Assembly: GCF_021028975.2 (NCBI RefSeq)
Contig: NC_059432.1
Location: 64,914,001-64,978,000, forward strand
Origin: Sphaerodactylus townsendi
Taxonomy: Eukaryota
Direction of reading: 5' to 3'
Length of the DNA: 64,000 nt
Shown here: positions 22,263 to 36,049 of the stretch, one piece after another
Layout of the letters: each line of letters begins with the position of its first letter
Numbering within the stretch: the stretch's first letter is position 1
Program-made: the position numbers and the translations under genes
Notes under the pieces: generated by a model
What the model saw: only the letters and a program-made list of their open reading frames with translations
What the model was told of the DNA's origin: nothing
Database searches by the model: none

Positions 22263-25200
22263 TCCACCCCCCAAAAAAGTTATTTTTACTTCAAAACAAA
22301 AGTCCAAAACATTCACAAAGACAGAACTTCAACAAATTATCAAGTACTTATTTCATACAGAGTTCCAGTTTCTTCTACACCGAATATTAACCCTTAAACC
22401 TACACTTTCAGCAGTTGGCCATTACATTTAAATTCCAACTCAAAGGCCTTGTACCTCTTCTGCAAGGTGGGAGGACTGCTGCTGGCATAGACTTTACTGT
22501 TACTTTGTGTGGTGTGTCCATGTGCACAAGACTTTATGGCCTGGTCTGACATTTCTTAGTTTACGTCACTCAAGAACGCAGTCGGTTCCCTTTCATAATA
22601 GCTCTGTCTCGCTCTCCGCTGCTGCTGCATCAGTTGGATCAATAACAGAAACAGCCTTAACCCAGCAAGCTCATCAGCAGTACTTGGCATCAGTACACAC
22701 ATACGGATGCAGAATTTTTGGTGACAGAACAGTCTTGACTTTTCAGCAATAGAGAGGTCTTTGGTGGCATGTCAGTGTAGTTTCTATGGTGGCAGCTAAA
22801 TAACTTTTTTTTAACCTACTGATAACATAGTGGTGCAGTAACTCCATCTGGCCCCATCCTAGTCCCACAAAGCTGAGATCTCCGCACTTGAGGAATGGTG
22901 ATGATGCTGGATAGAAGTGGATCGAAAATGGGCAGACTGGCCATGAAGTTCCTGGTCCTTATGCAAAATAGTCTTCTCTTTACCTGAAGGAGGTGTTCTG
23001 CAGAAAAGGTTGTGAGACATCAAACTTTGCTGAGCTAGAAGCCACACACTGCTCACTTGGATTTGTACTGTCTTGCATGTTTCTGGAAAAGGAGTAGGAT
23101 CTAGCCCATGGCAGAATAGGGAGGGGCTTGTTGCTACGCATTTTGCTGTTCAGTTTCCTGAGAGCTTTACTTATTTGTAGCGGTATTTTGCATCACAGGA
23201 TTACATGGCTGAAGTGCTATGGTACCGTAATAGCTGTTTTATTGGTCACAAACTGACATTGGCAACAACCTACCTTATATGGATGCTCAGGGCATGCCTA
23301 TGGTTTTTGACTAAGAAATGTTCATACCCACAATCATCCAGCCTCTAAGGGCACAGCATTTTGTGGTGTTCTTGGTGCCACAGGCCAGGACATCTTTGGC
23401 TACTCTTCAGCATATACTTTTACACAAAAAACTCTTAACATAATTTGCAGTTTTGCTTGACTCACAACTGTGGGGAGCCCTGAAATAGCTTGGCTGTGAA
23501 AAAATTGTAACACTTGGTTCTGTATTGAGGAAAGGATATGAGACCTTATTGACTTCACATCTTCTATAACAGACAAGTAGAACTAGGGGAGGTATTCTCT
23601 GGAAATGGTATATTGTTCTAAAAGAGGTACAGTTTCCTTTGTTTGCATCCTGTGGTCAGTCCTTTTTATTTAAAAGGGTAGACAATAAGCATGTCAAACT
23701 TTTATTTATTTCTTGTTCATTCAATAGGTTTATGCTTCACCTCTCTGTCATGTGTACAGAAAGTAGCTCTTATTTTCTTTATGGGTGAAACCCTTTCTCC
23801 CATAGAAACTGGAAGCTGCTCTGAAGCTTCCTGGTAGCGTTTATCTTAACTGCTTATAAAAAGTTGGGTCGACACTCCTGGTGATGTATAGCTGGCATTT
23901 TGCAAACGCAGGCAGTGTATGCTCAGCTGAATCTTCAAGAAACAGCGGAAACACATCTTTCTATTAATCATCTGAGGATGTCCACTGAAAACACTGCTGC
24001 TAAGCCAAATTTCTTGGTAGCTGGTGGGTTTCTCCCAAGTTCTGGTCTCGAGGTACTTAGGGGTGTAAGTTGCGTGAAGGGCCAGACTAGCAAGGACATT
24101 CTTGTGAGGGGACTGTTGCAAGGGGGTGGGGAGATACCATCTTGACTGCTTGAAGTCACTGCAGATCTCATAGTGCCCTGAGAAGACTTGGATCTTGAGC
24201 CCTGGTGCCTTCTCCACATTCCAGAACCATAATTATGCTTCAGTGTTGACTTAGAGGGTATTATCTCTGCTTCCGGCCCTAAATTATGGGGCCAGTGCTG
24301 TTAGTCAGTCATTGCATTGTACCTCAGAGGTGACTACATGTGGTGATGGGTGGAGCGATATTCATGTCTTCCTCTCCCAACTTTCTGAGGCTCAAAGTCA
24401 CTTTCAACATTGTATTCTTGTAAATGTAGCCCTCTGTCTCGTTTCTCTCTGTGTGGGAAATGTAATACTGAAATTGCTATCACATGGGCCTGGTTTATTG
24501 ATATGTGTATAAAATCTCATGACTGGCTGCCCTTCTGGATTTCACAGCTCTCCTGTTGAGTCAGCCCCATACGTAACGAATCTACACATTGAATTTGATC
24601 ATACATGAAGAAGCATGCCAGTCGTAGTGTGTGAACCCACCCTGGAGTATCCTGGAAGATACCCATTAGCTAGTTTGAGTGCCATGTTATGAGGCTGACT
24701 GAAGTTTTCTTTCTCTGAAAGTAATGCGACTTTAAAGTGCACACTATGATAACCAGAAACTGGCCCCACCAAGGGCCTGCAGGACTGACTCATGCCTGCA
24801 CTCTCTGCTCACTCAGCCACTGATTGCAAATGCCTCGGTGTTGCTCCCAGCAATAATTACTGTTTTGTAGGAGGCAGAAAAAGAGAAACAGGAAGTGGGG
24901 AGGGGCGGATAAATAGGTTGAGAACAGGACTTGTAAGCTACACCTTCCTGGAATGGAGGCTGACTGCATCTGATCCATAAAAGACACAAAGGCAGGATTA
25001 CATGTCATGTTTTAGCAGAAGGCACAGGGTGGGGTGGGGGTTGAGCTGGATGACCAGCTGAGGCAGAAAACGTAATCTTAGGTTTAGTAAGACCAGAGTT
25101 TTTAAAGTCATCCCAAATGTGTTGTCCCCCAGTACAATGTTTATCTAAACTCCAAGTCCAGAGATTGTGGTTTTAGCAATATATTTTCTGCTTTTGCCAG

Positions 25201-26304
25201 CAATCATGCAAAGTATATAGTCCTAACTGAAATCAGTGGTGCTGAGTACCTGTACTGAGCTACAGTGTTTCTTAAACTGTATGAAATTGACCATGCCTGA
25301 AGGTACCTATGTTCACCCCCCTCTGGTTTCTGGGGGAGTTAATTGCACTTAAATCCTGTTGAAATGAATGGTATTTAAATGAATGATGACTAACTTGTGT
25401 GACAAAGGTTGCAGTTCTGTGCATACTTCCCTGAGATTAAGACTAATTAAACATAGTCGGACTAATATATGAATAAACATCCACTGGATTAGGCTGTAAC
25501 TTTCTCTGGATTTGGGATGTTTGATGAACTTGCCCAGCTGCTACCCCACACTGACGACTTCTTCTTTACCTATCCAAATCCTGTTCACTCCTTTGTACCT
25601 CTGCCCTTTTGCTGAGCTCCTGGGCTTCAAGCCCTGTCTTTTAGAGCCACTGGGGCTTACCCAACGTTGTTTGCCCCTGTTTGGATGGTATTGGGAGTGG
25701 GTTCTTTTCCTGCTTCCATGAAACATCATGGTGTGTTCATGTGCCTCCGCAGTTCTTCCCAGCTTTTCTGTGTTCTTTCCAGAACCTGCTTTATACTGAC
25801 TTTTGAGAAAGTTTGCATCACAGCCTAGATGGCTGCCATATAGATGAGAAAGCGAGGAGCAATCTCCTGTTTGAACTTCCTAGGCCTGCGGTAGTCAGGA
25901 GTCAGCATCCTCAGTCCTTTTCAGAGATCCCTGCAGGTAGGGAGGTTAATTCTGGCTTGAGAAATTCCTCAAGATTTGGGGGTGGAGCCCGGCAGGGCTG
26001 AGAAGCCATGAAAGCTTCCCTCTGAAGCGGGTGCTTCCTCCAGGGCAACTGATTGCTGTAGCTGGAGATCAGTTGTAATTTTGAAAGAATTCCAGGCTCC
26101 ACTTGGAGGAGAGCGACATACTGCGAAGATACAATCTATGCTCTGAAAAAGAATGTTTATAAACCATCTGGATGCAAGTCTGGCAATGAGATTGCTGTGG
26201 TCTTTGGTTGACTGGGAAAAATGTAATGGCAAAGCTGTTTATGCCTTCCTCTTGCAGGCACATGCCATGCCTTCCAGTTCAAGAAGCACTGACTTCCGAT
26301 AGGT

Positions 26305-26357
26305 CCATGGTGGCAAACCTATGGCACTCCAGATGTGCCATAGGTTTGCCACCATTG
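26305..26357. mobile_element. 53-bp minimal hAT MITE
   Basis: ATGGTGGCAAACCTATGGCAC arms with a short spacer; 8-bp TSD CGATAGGT / CAATAGGT. Confidence 0.75.
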
Positions 26358-29300
26358 CAATAGGTGTATCAAAGCGGCTCTGTGCACAAAAGCAGGCTAA
26401 TGAAGTGGGGACTTCATCATAGGCCTAATGAAGGATGAGCGTTTAAACAAAAATATTATGTTTGAATTCAGCCAAGGGCTTTTGTCACCATAAGAGGTAT
26501 TCTCTTCTTTCTTGTTTTCTTGTCTTCTGTGTCTGATCTCTCTGTTCTGCCTTCACTGGTGCCACTGACTGATCTGCTGTAAAGTGACAGTGGAATCCTT
26601 TCCCTGTTGGCAGGGTTGTGGCCCATGCGGCAGCCGTTGGTGTTGTTATTCTGATGTAAAGTAAGGCTGGCCTGCCTTTACAGAAAGAAAAAAAACTGAA
26701 TTTGGAGGGCCGTGGGTGGACATTCAATGTGAAATCAAGCCCCTGATCTTCACCAGTGTGACAAGTGATGCTTTGTGAGCGCAGGTCAGTTTGGAACCTT
26801 TTGCCAGAAAGGGACAGACAACACTTGCAGTATATAAGGGTTGAAAAACTGCAGTCATAAAATAGTGTGCAAGTATTTCAGAGTAAGGGTCATCATGACA
26901 GTAGTAGTACCAGCCCTGCTGGCTAGAACAGTGGATCTGTAGACCAGAAACCTTTACTGAACTGATTGCAATTATGATATTCATGTTAAGGAGGGGCCAA
27001 CTGAGGTGGCAGACCCCAGACTTGGGTGAGAAGGTGTTCGGGGCCGCAGGTTGTCTACTGCTTTGCTCATTTGTGTGAATGAATTCTCTGGGTGCTTGAT
27101 GGTGCTTGTTGTCTGGCTGCACTACGGCTGTACTTTGATCCTTCAGGCTCGAAGCAGGCTCCTGGTCTTCTTTTCTCCCCACACATTTGGGTGCACGCCC
27201 AAATGATGCAGTCCTTCTGCTTAACCTACTGATTATATAGGGAAAGACCCACCCCATTCTGCATCTCATGCTGTAAGCAATCCTTCAAAGCCGACAGCTC
27301 TGTGTCTTCCACCCTCTTTCTCTGCCTCGGATGAGGCTGGACTTGCCACCTGCAAGCAGCAGCTCCTCACCTCAAGTAGGTGTTAATTAGTCCCCAACCT
27401 GCCTCCCCCTTGCCCAGGCCTGCTTGTTTGTTCAGCTCAGGGGGTGTTGCCCAGATGCCTCCCTGCAGAGCAACTTAAGTCAAGTACACAGCTGGGAGCT
27501 TAAGTTTAGACTGTGCTGCTTGAGGGAGCAGCATTCCCGCATGCCCTAGAGAAGGCAGAGGTATTCAGGTACAAAGGCCAGACTTGGGAGACCACGTTCC
27601 AGGGCTCCCAGATAAGATCCTGTGCATGTGGGTCCTGTTCTGCCACATTTTTGCATCAACACGGTTGATGAGCTGCCTCTAAGATGGTACAATAGAAGTG
27701 AGGGTTCATGCAGCTTTAATTTTGATAAGTGTCGCCCAGTTCCTTGGTGTGTGTATGTGAGGGAGGGAGCCCTACCCCCACTTCTATCTAGCCACTCTAG
27801 TTGCCTCATGAGCCCTGGTCTTATTAGCCAGCTCAAAGCCTGTTCATCATAATCCTCCTGTCTGTTGAGCCACATGGCCCCTCCCTAAAATGCTGAGCCA
27901 GGCAGCACAGGGGGAGTAGTGCCAACAAGACGTCAGTTGATGTGCCCCCCCCCCCCCCCCGCGTCGGCACACTGCTTTCTTTCTCTTGCTCTTGAGCTGT
28001 GCGGGCAATTTTGTGAGGCTCGTGTTGGGAATCTGCTCTGGTTTTGCCCAGTTCAAACCAGAAGACAGTTCTGGGGGAAGAAAATAGCCCTTGTGACACA
28101 AGCTGGTTCTGACACTTCCCAGATCATGTGAAGTTCTTCAGGGTGCTGAACTGTCCATGGCAAGCTAGTCATGTGTTTGCCGTTCCTGGTGGTCAATCCG
28201 TTCAGAAAATGTTGGTTCCTCTTCTTTTTCTTGCAGAATACCTCTTTTGTGCAAAAGGCAGTTTGTCTTTCAAGGGCTCTGGCAAGGCCCAAGAGAGAAA
28301 GAGAGTGGCCACAATTGTACCTGAAGGACATGTTCAGACAAGGAATTAAGAAGCAATGTTTATACATCACGTATAGTATTTTGCTTCCAAAAATGCTGTA
28401 TATGCTGTTCCCTTCTGCAGATGTAACACTTGTACTGTGCTTCCCCCCAGTGATGACTCTTGGATTTGTGGTACACCAGCCTCTTCTAATCGTGTCATGA
28501 TGCTTGCTGATGTATGTGATTGGGGGCTGATCTTACACCCAGGCAGATTCTTGAAGACAGGCAGTTGCTGAGTTGGCATTTGCCCAGTCACAGCTGGCCT
28601 TTGGCATTCTTGGTATCCAGAGGAAATATTCAGACAGACCCTCAGGCTCCTGAGTTGAGGAGTCATTCCTTACGTGATTCCCGCCTACCCAGTAAGAGCT
28701 AATTCACATGCCACACATTCCTACACACTCACAAGCTTGCTGAGGTTCCCAACCAACTCATTCCCTGCCTGTTTGTCAATGGACTCTCCCTTCCCCAGGC
28801 CCTGTTGCTCCACTGTTGTTTGCAGAAGGCATCTCTTCAGCTCTGACTTATCGAATCATTCCTTTGCCCTTTCCTTTCGGTGCAGGGATTGCTGCTGCCT
28901 GGTCACTGTCTTTAGTATTAGGCCTTACTTCTGTCGTTGGTCCTATGCAATTTTTGAACAGGAAATATACATGATGATCACACTGAACACATGGAGCCCT
29001 TGGGAGTATTCAAAGGACCTCACCTGCATTATTGTTTTACATGCTCATTTATAGAATATTTTTATTCTGACATTCCCCCCCCCCCCCAAAAAAAAAAAGA
29101 TCCAAGAGGGCACTAAACAAATGCCTGCAAGGCAAAAAAAATAAATAAAATGAACCCCCTTAACCTTGTAAAAAAACACATTAAAATCATTACAGTAATT
29201 ACCAGTCTAGCATCTACAACAACAGAACCCTTAGTAATATCAGAAGACACAGATGTACACAGTATCCTAAAAGCAGGAAGAGGTGATGTTGTCTTTTCTT

Positions 29301-31523
29301 GCTTGGGCAGATTTTTCCACAGAGTTGAGGTACTAACTAAGATGGCCTGTGATTGAGCTGAAGAACATATCTAAACGAAGAGATGGATAGCAGGAACTGA
29401 TTGGATGACTGCAGTTGGCCCAAAGGACCATACAAGAAGAAGGAGTCCTTAAGATATGTGTTTCCCCAGTCATTAAGAGCTTTAGTTGTTTCCAGAAAAG
29501 GTGTAATGTGTTTACAACAGTGGATCTCAGTCAAAAGATTTGCAGCTGTCTTCTGCACTAATTGCAGTTTTCCATGTTGTCTTCAAGGGCAACTCCACAA
29601 ACATCACATTATAGTAAACTAACCAAAAGGTTATATGGGCACAGAGCAGTATAGCCAAGGAGAGATGCCCTTATGCTCCAGATGTAAGTGATAAGAAGGC
29701 ACTTGTTGCAACCCATCCCCTTTTTTAACAGCAAGGCTGGTTTCAAAGGTATCATCAAGACAGAGACAGAAAAGGACAAGGGCTGTTTCTTAGGTGGCTG
29801 TTGAACATTTCCTATGGATCCCAAAATCGGCTTTAAGCTGTTTAGTGATGCTTTGGGATGGATTAAGTTTTTAATAGTTAGAGAAGGTCTTGAATGGCAT
29901 GTGTATATCTTCCACGATACATAAATATATTTGGGCTGAACCAGTCATAAATATTGAGCGTTCCCTTTCCTTCTGCACTGCCCCCTAGCATTGTGACCTT
30001 CGTATTGATAGCTTGTTCCTGTTTTGTATTGGCATATTCCTGCCTCAGAATTGTCAAATTGTTCTCATTTCTTTTGGTAGAAGGCTTGCTTCTAAGCACT
30101 TTGCTCTAGGCTGACTCTGACTGCCTTCTTACATGTCTGCTGAAAACTCATTCTAAATATACTTTATTGGCAGAACAAAGTAAACAAGTGTTTCTAGTGT
30201 AATTAGGAATAGCGCATCCCTATTTATCTGCCAAGAAATGGGACAAGACAACACCTGACCAAAGAGGTGCACAAACCCCACCCTTATGGTCCATGGTCCA
30301 TGTTCCTTATGCCCTTTATTCATTCTGGCTACATGCTTGATTCTTTTTTTTGACCTTAGGGATTTGGAACATCAGGTTTCAGTCTGAGGAACAGTTACAT
30401 TAGCCTGTTGTAACCAAAACTACAAATATACCTGTTTTTGGCTATGCCTACATATTTGGTGAGCATGCCTTAATTTTGCATATTGTATAGTTGCAATAGC
30501 AGGTGATTTCCTATTTAAATAGTTCTGAGCTTTGTAACAGTACTACCTGCTACAAACATTTGTCTCTTCCCAGCAAATTTTCTGCTTAGCTTTTGATCTA
30601 CCTGCACACTTTTAAAAAACAGCTAGTACACATAAATATCTTCGGGAGGATCAGACTATGAATTAGGATGCAAAAGAGGGTTGCAGCTTTCTCTCGTGTG
30701 GGTTGTGAGGCTCAAATCCATTAACTGAGAGAGGAAGATCTGCCGCTTCCTCATCCCTACAGTGCAGAAAAAAGAAAAGGTGAAGCGGCCACATTCCCTT
30801 CTCTTCCCTTCCTTCTCCTTGCACTATTAATTCCCAAGCGTTCAGTCCTGGCCACCAGTGATGTAGTAAGTGATGGGCATGCTGTGTGGTCTGCAGTGCC
30901 GGGTCTCAAAATGTAGCATTAGTTTGCTAAATGGTTCCCACTTCAAATAGAGAACTGCAAGAACTTATTGTGAACATACCCAGAAACTTTTAAACTCTTG
31001 ATTTTCTATTGTAACTTATATTTCACATTCACAGCTATCCACACATTCACAGCTATCCAGCTGTCGTGTATTCTTGCTCTGCAAAAATGTGTACCGTATG
31101 TGTACGGTTTTAACATAATCTCTCAAACAATGCAGAACTCAACTTGTTTCTCTTGTAATATGTAATTATGTCTCGCCAAGACCATCAGACTTGGGCCTTG
31201 TCTTCTTCCATTCTGGCGTGCTGCAGACACAATACCCTTGCTGCCTGTAAGGGTAGAGTCCCAGCAGTACTGCAGGAGATTGTATTTTTGAGAAATAAAG
31301 AGGCAGTGATACTGAGGACATGATTTGAAGCCTATAGCCAACAAGGAAGGCAGACAGCTGGTTTATGGAATGCTGGGGGAGAGAAAAGGACCTTACCTCC
31401 CTAGGGAGGATTATGGTGATAAAAGCCTCCCTGCTTTTAAATATGTTTGTGTGTGATACTAACTCATATCAATACATGGCAAGCATGACATAAGTTTGCT
31501 AAAACAAGTTGAATCATGTCAAA

Positions 31524-31583
31524 ATGGATGAGTCGACAGATGCATCCACCACACATCATGCACAGTTCTTTAGGTGTGTGCTA
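31524..31583 (+). mobile_element. Possible hAT transposase fragment
   Basis: MDESTDAS..HAQF resembles the DESTD..AQL motif of Charlie/Buster transposases; short match only. Confidence 0.3.
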
Positions 31584-31872
31584 AAAGTGTATAAGCAAAG
31601 GTCAAACTATATCATTACTAAATGTTTTCAAGTTATTCCAATAAAATAATTTTTGTATAAAGTTTTGAATTTGTTTTTACATAGTGCTTAAACCACAGTT
31701 AGGGTTAGGTGGAGATGACTGTTTTGCAGGCACAAGGAGTGTGCCCATGCAGTATGATTTTTATGCTTCCTTCCACCTGCAGCAAACCAAAGCCCCTCAA
31801 TAACAGGAGTTGGGGGGCATTTGGGGCTGTGATGGGAGATGAGAACATCACTTTCCACAAGTGAATACCCTT

Positions 31873-32118
31873 GCCAGAGTGGTGTAGTGGTTCAGAGCAG
31901 GTGGGCTCTAACCTGGTGAATTGGATTTGCTTCCCCACTCCTACACTCCTACAGACCTTGGGCTAGTCGTAGTTCTTTCAGAACTCCTTCAGCCCTACCT
32001 ACCTACCTCACAAACAGTCTGTTGTGGGGAGAGGAAGAGAAAGGACTTTGTAAGCCCCTTTGAGTCTTCTTACAGGAGAGGAAAGCGGGGAGTATAAATC
32101 CAAAGTTGTTGTCTTCTT
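31873..32118 (+). mobile_element. SINE (Squam3-like)
   Basis: Homologous, with an internal deletion. Confidence 0.8.
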
Positions 32119-32363
32119 GCACTTGCAGAAATTTTACTCTGGATCCAAGGATGGTTTTGTTTTGTTTTTGTTCTAATCAAATGTTTCAGTTCACATATTT
32201 GATTGTATTCAGGTAGAACATTAGATATATTTAAATTATTGATTACTAAATTAAACAAATAAATATGTGAAATCAGTTCATGCTTTGTTTGGGGCATCAG
32301 ATTTTTTTTCTAGAAAATTTGCAGAGAGCAGGCTTTAAAATACCTAAGGAAATGTCACTCTAA

Positions 32364-32481
32364 GGCAGATTCCACATGGGCCAAAAACAGCGGTGTGAAA
32401 ACGGTGTAAAATAGTTTAAAACAGTATAAAAGGGTTTACACCGTTTTCACACCACTGTTTTTGGCCCATGCAGAATCCGCC
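32364..32481. mobile_element. Harbinger-like palindromic MITE
   Basis: TAA TSD on both sides; TIR GGCAGATTCCACATGGGCCAAAAACAG / CTGTTTTTGGCCCATGCAGAATCCGCC. Confidence 0.8.
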
Positions 32482-32645
32482 TAAGAACCTGTTGACACAG
32501 TGTATTGCAAAGCATTGGAAACAGCATCAGTAAGAAGTAGCCAATTTAGCACTTTTGCTACCAGTGTTAGATTGCTCAGTAGTGCTGCTCAAAGGGTTTT
32601 ACCCCTTCCCGGCTTCTTGGTCATATTCAGAGGCTTGGTTTAGAT

Positions 32646-32780
32646 CAGGGAATCAGCTCTCCAGATAAACAGGCAATTCCATCAGTTTCTCCGTCAGCAT
32701 GGCCAATTGGCCATGCTGACAGAGGCTGATGGGAATTGCAGTTCCTGAACATCTGGAGAGCTGCAGGTTCCCTACCCCTG
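32646..32780. mobile_element. hAT MITE (URR1-like)
   Basis: Perfect 8-bp TSD GTTTAGAT; end GAGCTGCAGGTTCCCTACCCCTG; internal palindrome GTCAGCATGGCCAATTGGCCATGCTGAC. Confidence 0.8.
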
Positions 32781-34087
32781 GTTTAGATAAAACAGTTGCT
32801 ACTGTTTGTTGTGTGCTTTCTAGGGAACTCAGCTTGAATTAATCCAAGATCCTACATTATAGTAAATGTTAATCTAAGGTTAATGAGGATAACATTGTAG
32901 TATATTATGTTAGTAGTATAAACTTTCTTATTTATCTAGATATTCAAAGAAAAAATTGATTGCACAGCTGGGACATATCATCTAAAGATGGTGCCCAGGG
33001 CAAGAGTTGAATTGCATAGCCTCCCAATCGCCCCAACTTCATGTGGAGTTGTGGGGTCAATGGAGTTGAGAGCTGGTCTTGGTTGGTTTTAGCTTTAAAC
33101 TGCAGACTTCACCACCGAAGTCTGCAGTTTGGAGCTGGACCCAGCCAGGCCGAGCTTACCCTTGAACTGCAGGCTCTCCCCTGGCCGGGTCCACCTCGGG
33201 AGCTCTGCCTCTGAAGTCACGGTGGACTTTGGACCCAGGCAGGCCAAACCTGCAGTTCAAGGTTGGCCTTACAGCTTGACCTGGCCAAGCCCAGTCTGGA
33301 ACTGTGTGCCCCCCTCCACTCAACATGGAGTTCAGGGGCGGAGCATGCTGGACACAACTCCAGCCTTGAACTGTGCCCCTGCCCCCAAACTCCATGTTCA
33401 ACTCTAGGGGAGCAGGGCTTGTGGGGGGGGAGGGGGGCTGTGTGCTGCCTGGCACCCCCTTCAAGCTGCACCTAGGGCAGAAGCCGCAGCTTTCCCCACC
33501 CTAGTTACGCCCTTGTTGAACATCAGTCTTATGAACAATCCCATTTTTCATTGTTGATGAGGATCCAGTGGAGATGTGAACAAATGTATCAAAACTGGTT
33601 CAGTTCCAATATCTTTCAATTAACATCCTTACTTATAATGCACATTACAAAATTCCTCTGTCTTGGCAAAATATACTTCAGTTTTATTGGTGTTATAAAT
33701 TATATCCCTGGAAACAAAGTTAAATACAGTGCAGACAGTAATTCTGAAGAATTAATCTTGAGAGCAAAAAGACAAGAGGTCTTTTATAAAAAATGCCATC
33801 AACTTCTGTTGGAAATACAGCCTACTGTAAAATGGAGTTTTAAACTGAGAAGTGGAAAATGGCTAAGCATAACTGCTAATAAAACAGAATAGGAAATTTT
33901 ATTTACTTCAAACTGCAAGCTACCACTATAAAGTTTTTATTTGCCATTTATAGTTCATAAATTAAACGTGTGAAAGTAGCTCTCATAAATGTTGGAAATG
34001 TGAACAAGTCTTAACTAAATTTTTACATATGTTGTGATAATGGCCTGCTATCCAAGATTATTGGAAGAAATGATAACACGGGTTAAT

Positions 34088-34299
34088 AAGGTTGCTAACC
34101 TCCAGGTGGCACCTGGAGATCTCCCACTATTACAGTTGACTTCTAGACAGCCAAGATCAGGTCCCCTGGAGAAAATTATTACTTTGGGCAGACTCTATGA
34201 TATTATATCTGGCTAAGATCCATCCACTCTCAAACTCCACCCTCCCCAGGCTCCACCCCAAATTCTTTAGGTATTTCCTATTCCAGAGCTGGCAACCCT
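34088..34299. mobile_element. Non-autonomous DNA element with (A)GGTTGCCA...TGGCAACCCT ends; related copies ~35709-35932 and ~25936-26145
   Basis: Shared core CTGGAGATCTCC..TATTACA..TGA..TCCAG..CAGAGATCA..TCCCCTGGA across the three loci. Confidence 0.6.
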
Positions 34300-35157
34300 G
34301 CAGTTTAAACAAATTGTATGTACCAAGCTACCAATGGATTTTAAAGTTAATCTCTTGGTGCTTGTTAACAATTGTGCTGTTTTCCACATAGATGGTGGTG
34401 GTAACATGAAGCAGACTGGTTACATATATCTTATAGCAGCATTGATATATAGTTGTAAGCTGGGGTGCCCACCCCAGAGCACCCCTTCCACGTCCCCTTC
34501 ACAACTCCACCTGGGGCGTCACAGTGCCCCCCCTCCCCTTTGGCACTACGCTACTGGTTGTAAGCAGTTACATTGAGTTAGGAATGCATCTCAATCACCT
34601 AGATAGCATATCTCTGACATGTGCATTTCATTTTTTTTTACTAAGTGTAGTACCCTACATTTCTCCCTGTTGAAATTTATTTTTTTAGTTTCGGTCCAAC
34701 TCTCTAATCTGTCCAGCTCATTTTAAATTCTGACCCTGTCCTCTGTGTATTAGTTACCCCTCCTAATATTTTTATATCAATTTACTGTTGTCACAATAGG
34801 GAAATTGCTTTACTGAAATCTTGTGGAAAACCTCAGAGCAAAGTGGGTTCGAGAAAGATCAGAGAAAATCTGGGTAAATTCCAGAGGGTTCAGGAATACA
34901 CCACAATGCTACAGAGAAGCAGGAAAAAATCCACTTTCCAACCAGGTCTTTGGCTATACTGAGCAATTAAAAATATATAATAAACATGTTACTTTCTCAA
35001 GGGTGCCCATTCTGCAGTGTTTGGGGGGAACGTTAGCTCGCTCAGTTGTGGAGCAAATGCTCAAATTCAAAACATCAAAGGTCCAGTTCCTTGTATTTTC
35101 AGAAAAGGACCTCTGGGTACAGGGCTGGGAAGTATCCTTACCTAAAATCTTAAATAG

Positions 35158-35459
35158 AAGAAGAAGAAGAGTTTGGATTTATATCCCCCCTTTCTCTCCT
35201 GTAGGAGACTGAAAGGGGCTTACAATCTCCTTGCCCTTCCCCCCTCACAACAAACATCCTGTGAGGTGGGTGGGGCTGAGAGAGCTCCTAAAAGCTGTGA
35301 CTAGCCCAAGGTCACCCAGCTGGCGTGTGTGGGAGTGCACAGGCTAATCTGAATTCCCCAAATAAGTCTCCACAGCTCAAGTGGCAGAGCGGGGAATCAA
35401 ACCCGGTTCCTCCAGATTAGAATTCACCTGCTCTTAACCACTACGCCACTGCTGCTCCC
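35158..35459 (-). mobile_element. SINE (Squam3-like, young) nested in an older SINE
   Basis: Reverse complement of 3444-3740 with (AAG)n tail; CpGs retained. Confidence 0.87.
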
Positions 35460-36049
35460 ATAGTCATTGCCTGCAAGAGTTGACAACACTGGACTTGACG
35501 GAACCTATTCTAAGAGAGATTTATACCATATATCTGTTCCTGGCCCTTTGTTTTTGTGAGTCTTCTTGGTTTTAGACGAGAACTGAACATCTGCTTCTTG
35601 AGGAATCATGCTGAAAGAACTTCCTTTTGAGTTGTCTGGTCCGTGTTGACCAGAGATGCTTTTCCCACATCTGGCAGTAAACTGAATTCCTCTTTGCAAC
35701 TTCTTAGAGTAGGTTGCCAATTTCTAGGTGGGGCCTGGAGATCTCCTGCTATTACAATTGATCTCCAGCTGACAGAGATCAATTCCCTTGGATAAATGGC
35801 TGCTTTGGACAGTTGGACTCTTTGGCATTGTCCCCTGCTGAGATCCTTTCCCCCCCCCCACACACACAGACCCAGCCCTTCCCAGACTCCACCCCCAACA
35901 TCTCTATCTCCCAACCCAGAAGTGGCTACCCAGTCTCTGAACCAAACAAGGGCAGAGACCAGAATCAACTAATGCTGATCTCATACCTTTTTATCCAGAA
36001 ATGAGTAAGTATGGTTGTGCGTACTGCAGTGGAAGTTGCAGCAGCGTGT

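Noticed and set aside
26724-27269. 181-aa minus-strand ORF in UBTD1 intron 1
   Set aside because: No homology I can recognise; consistent with a chance ORF.
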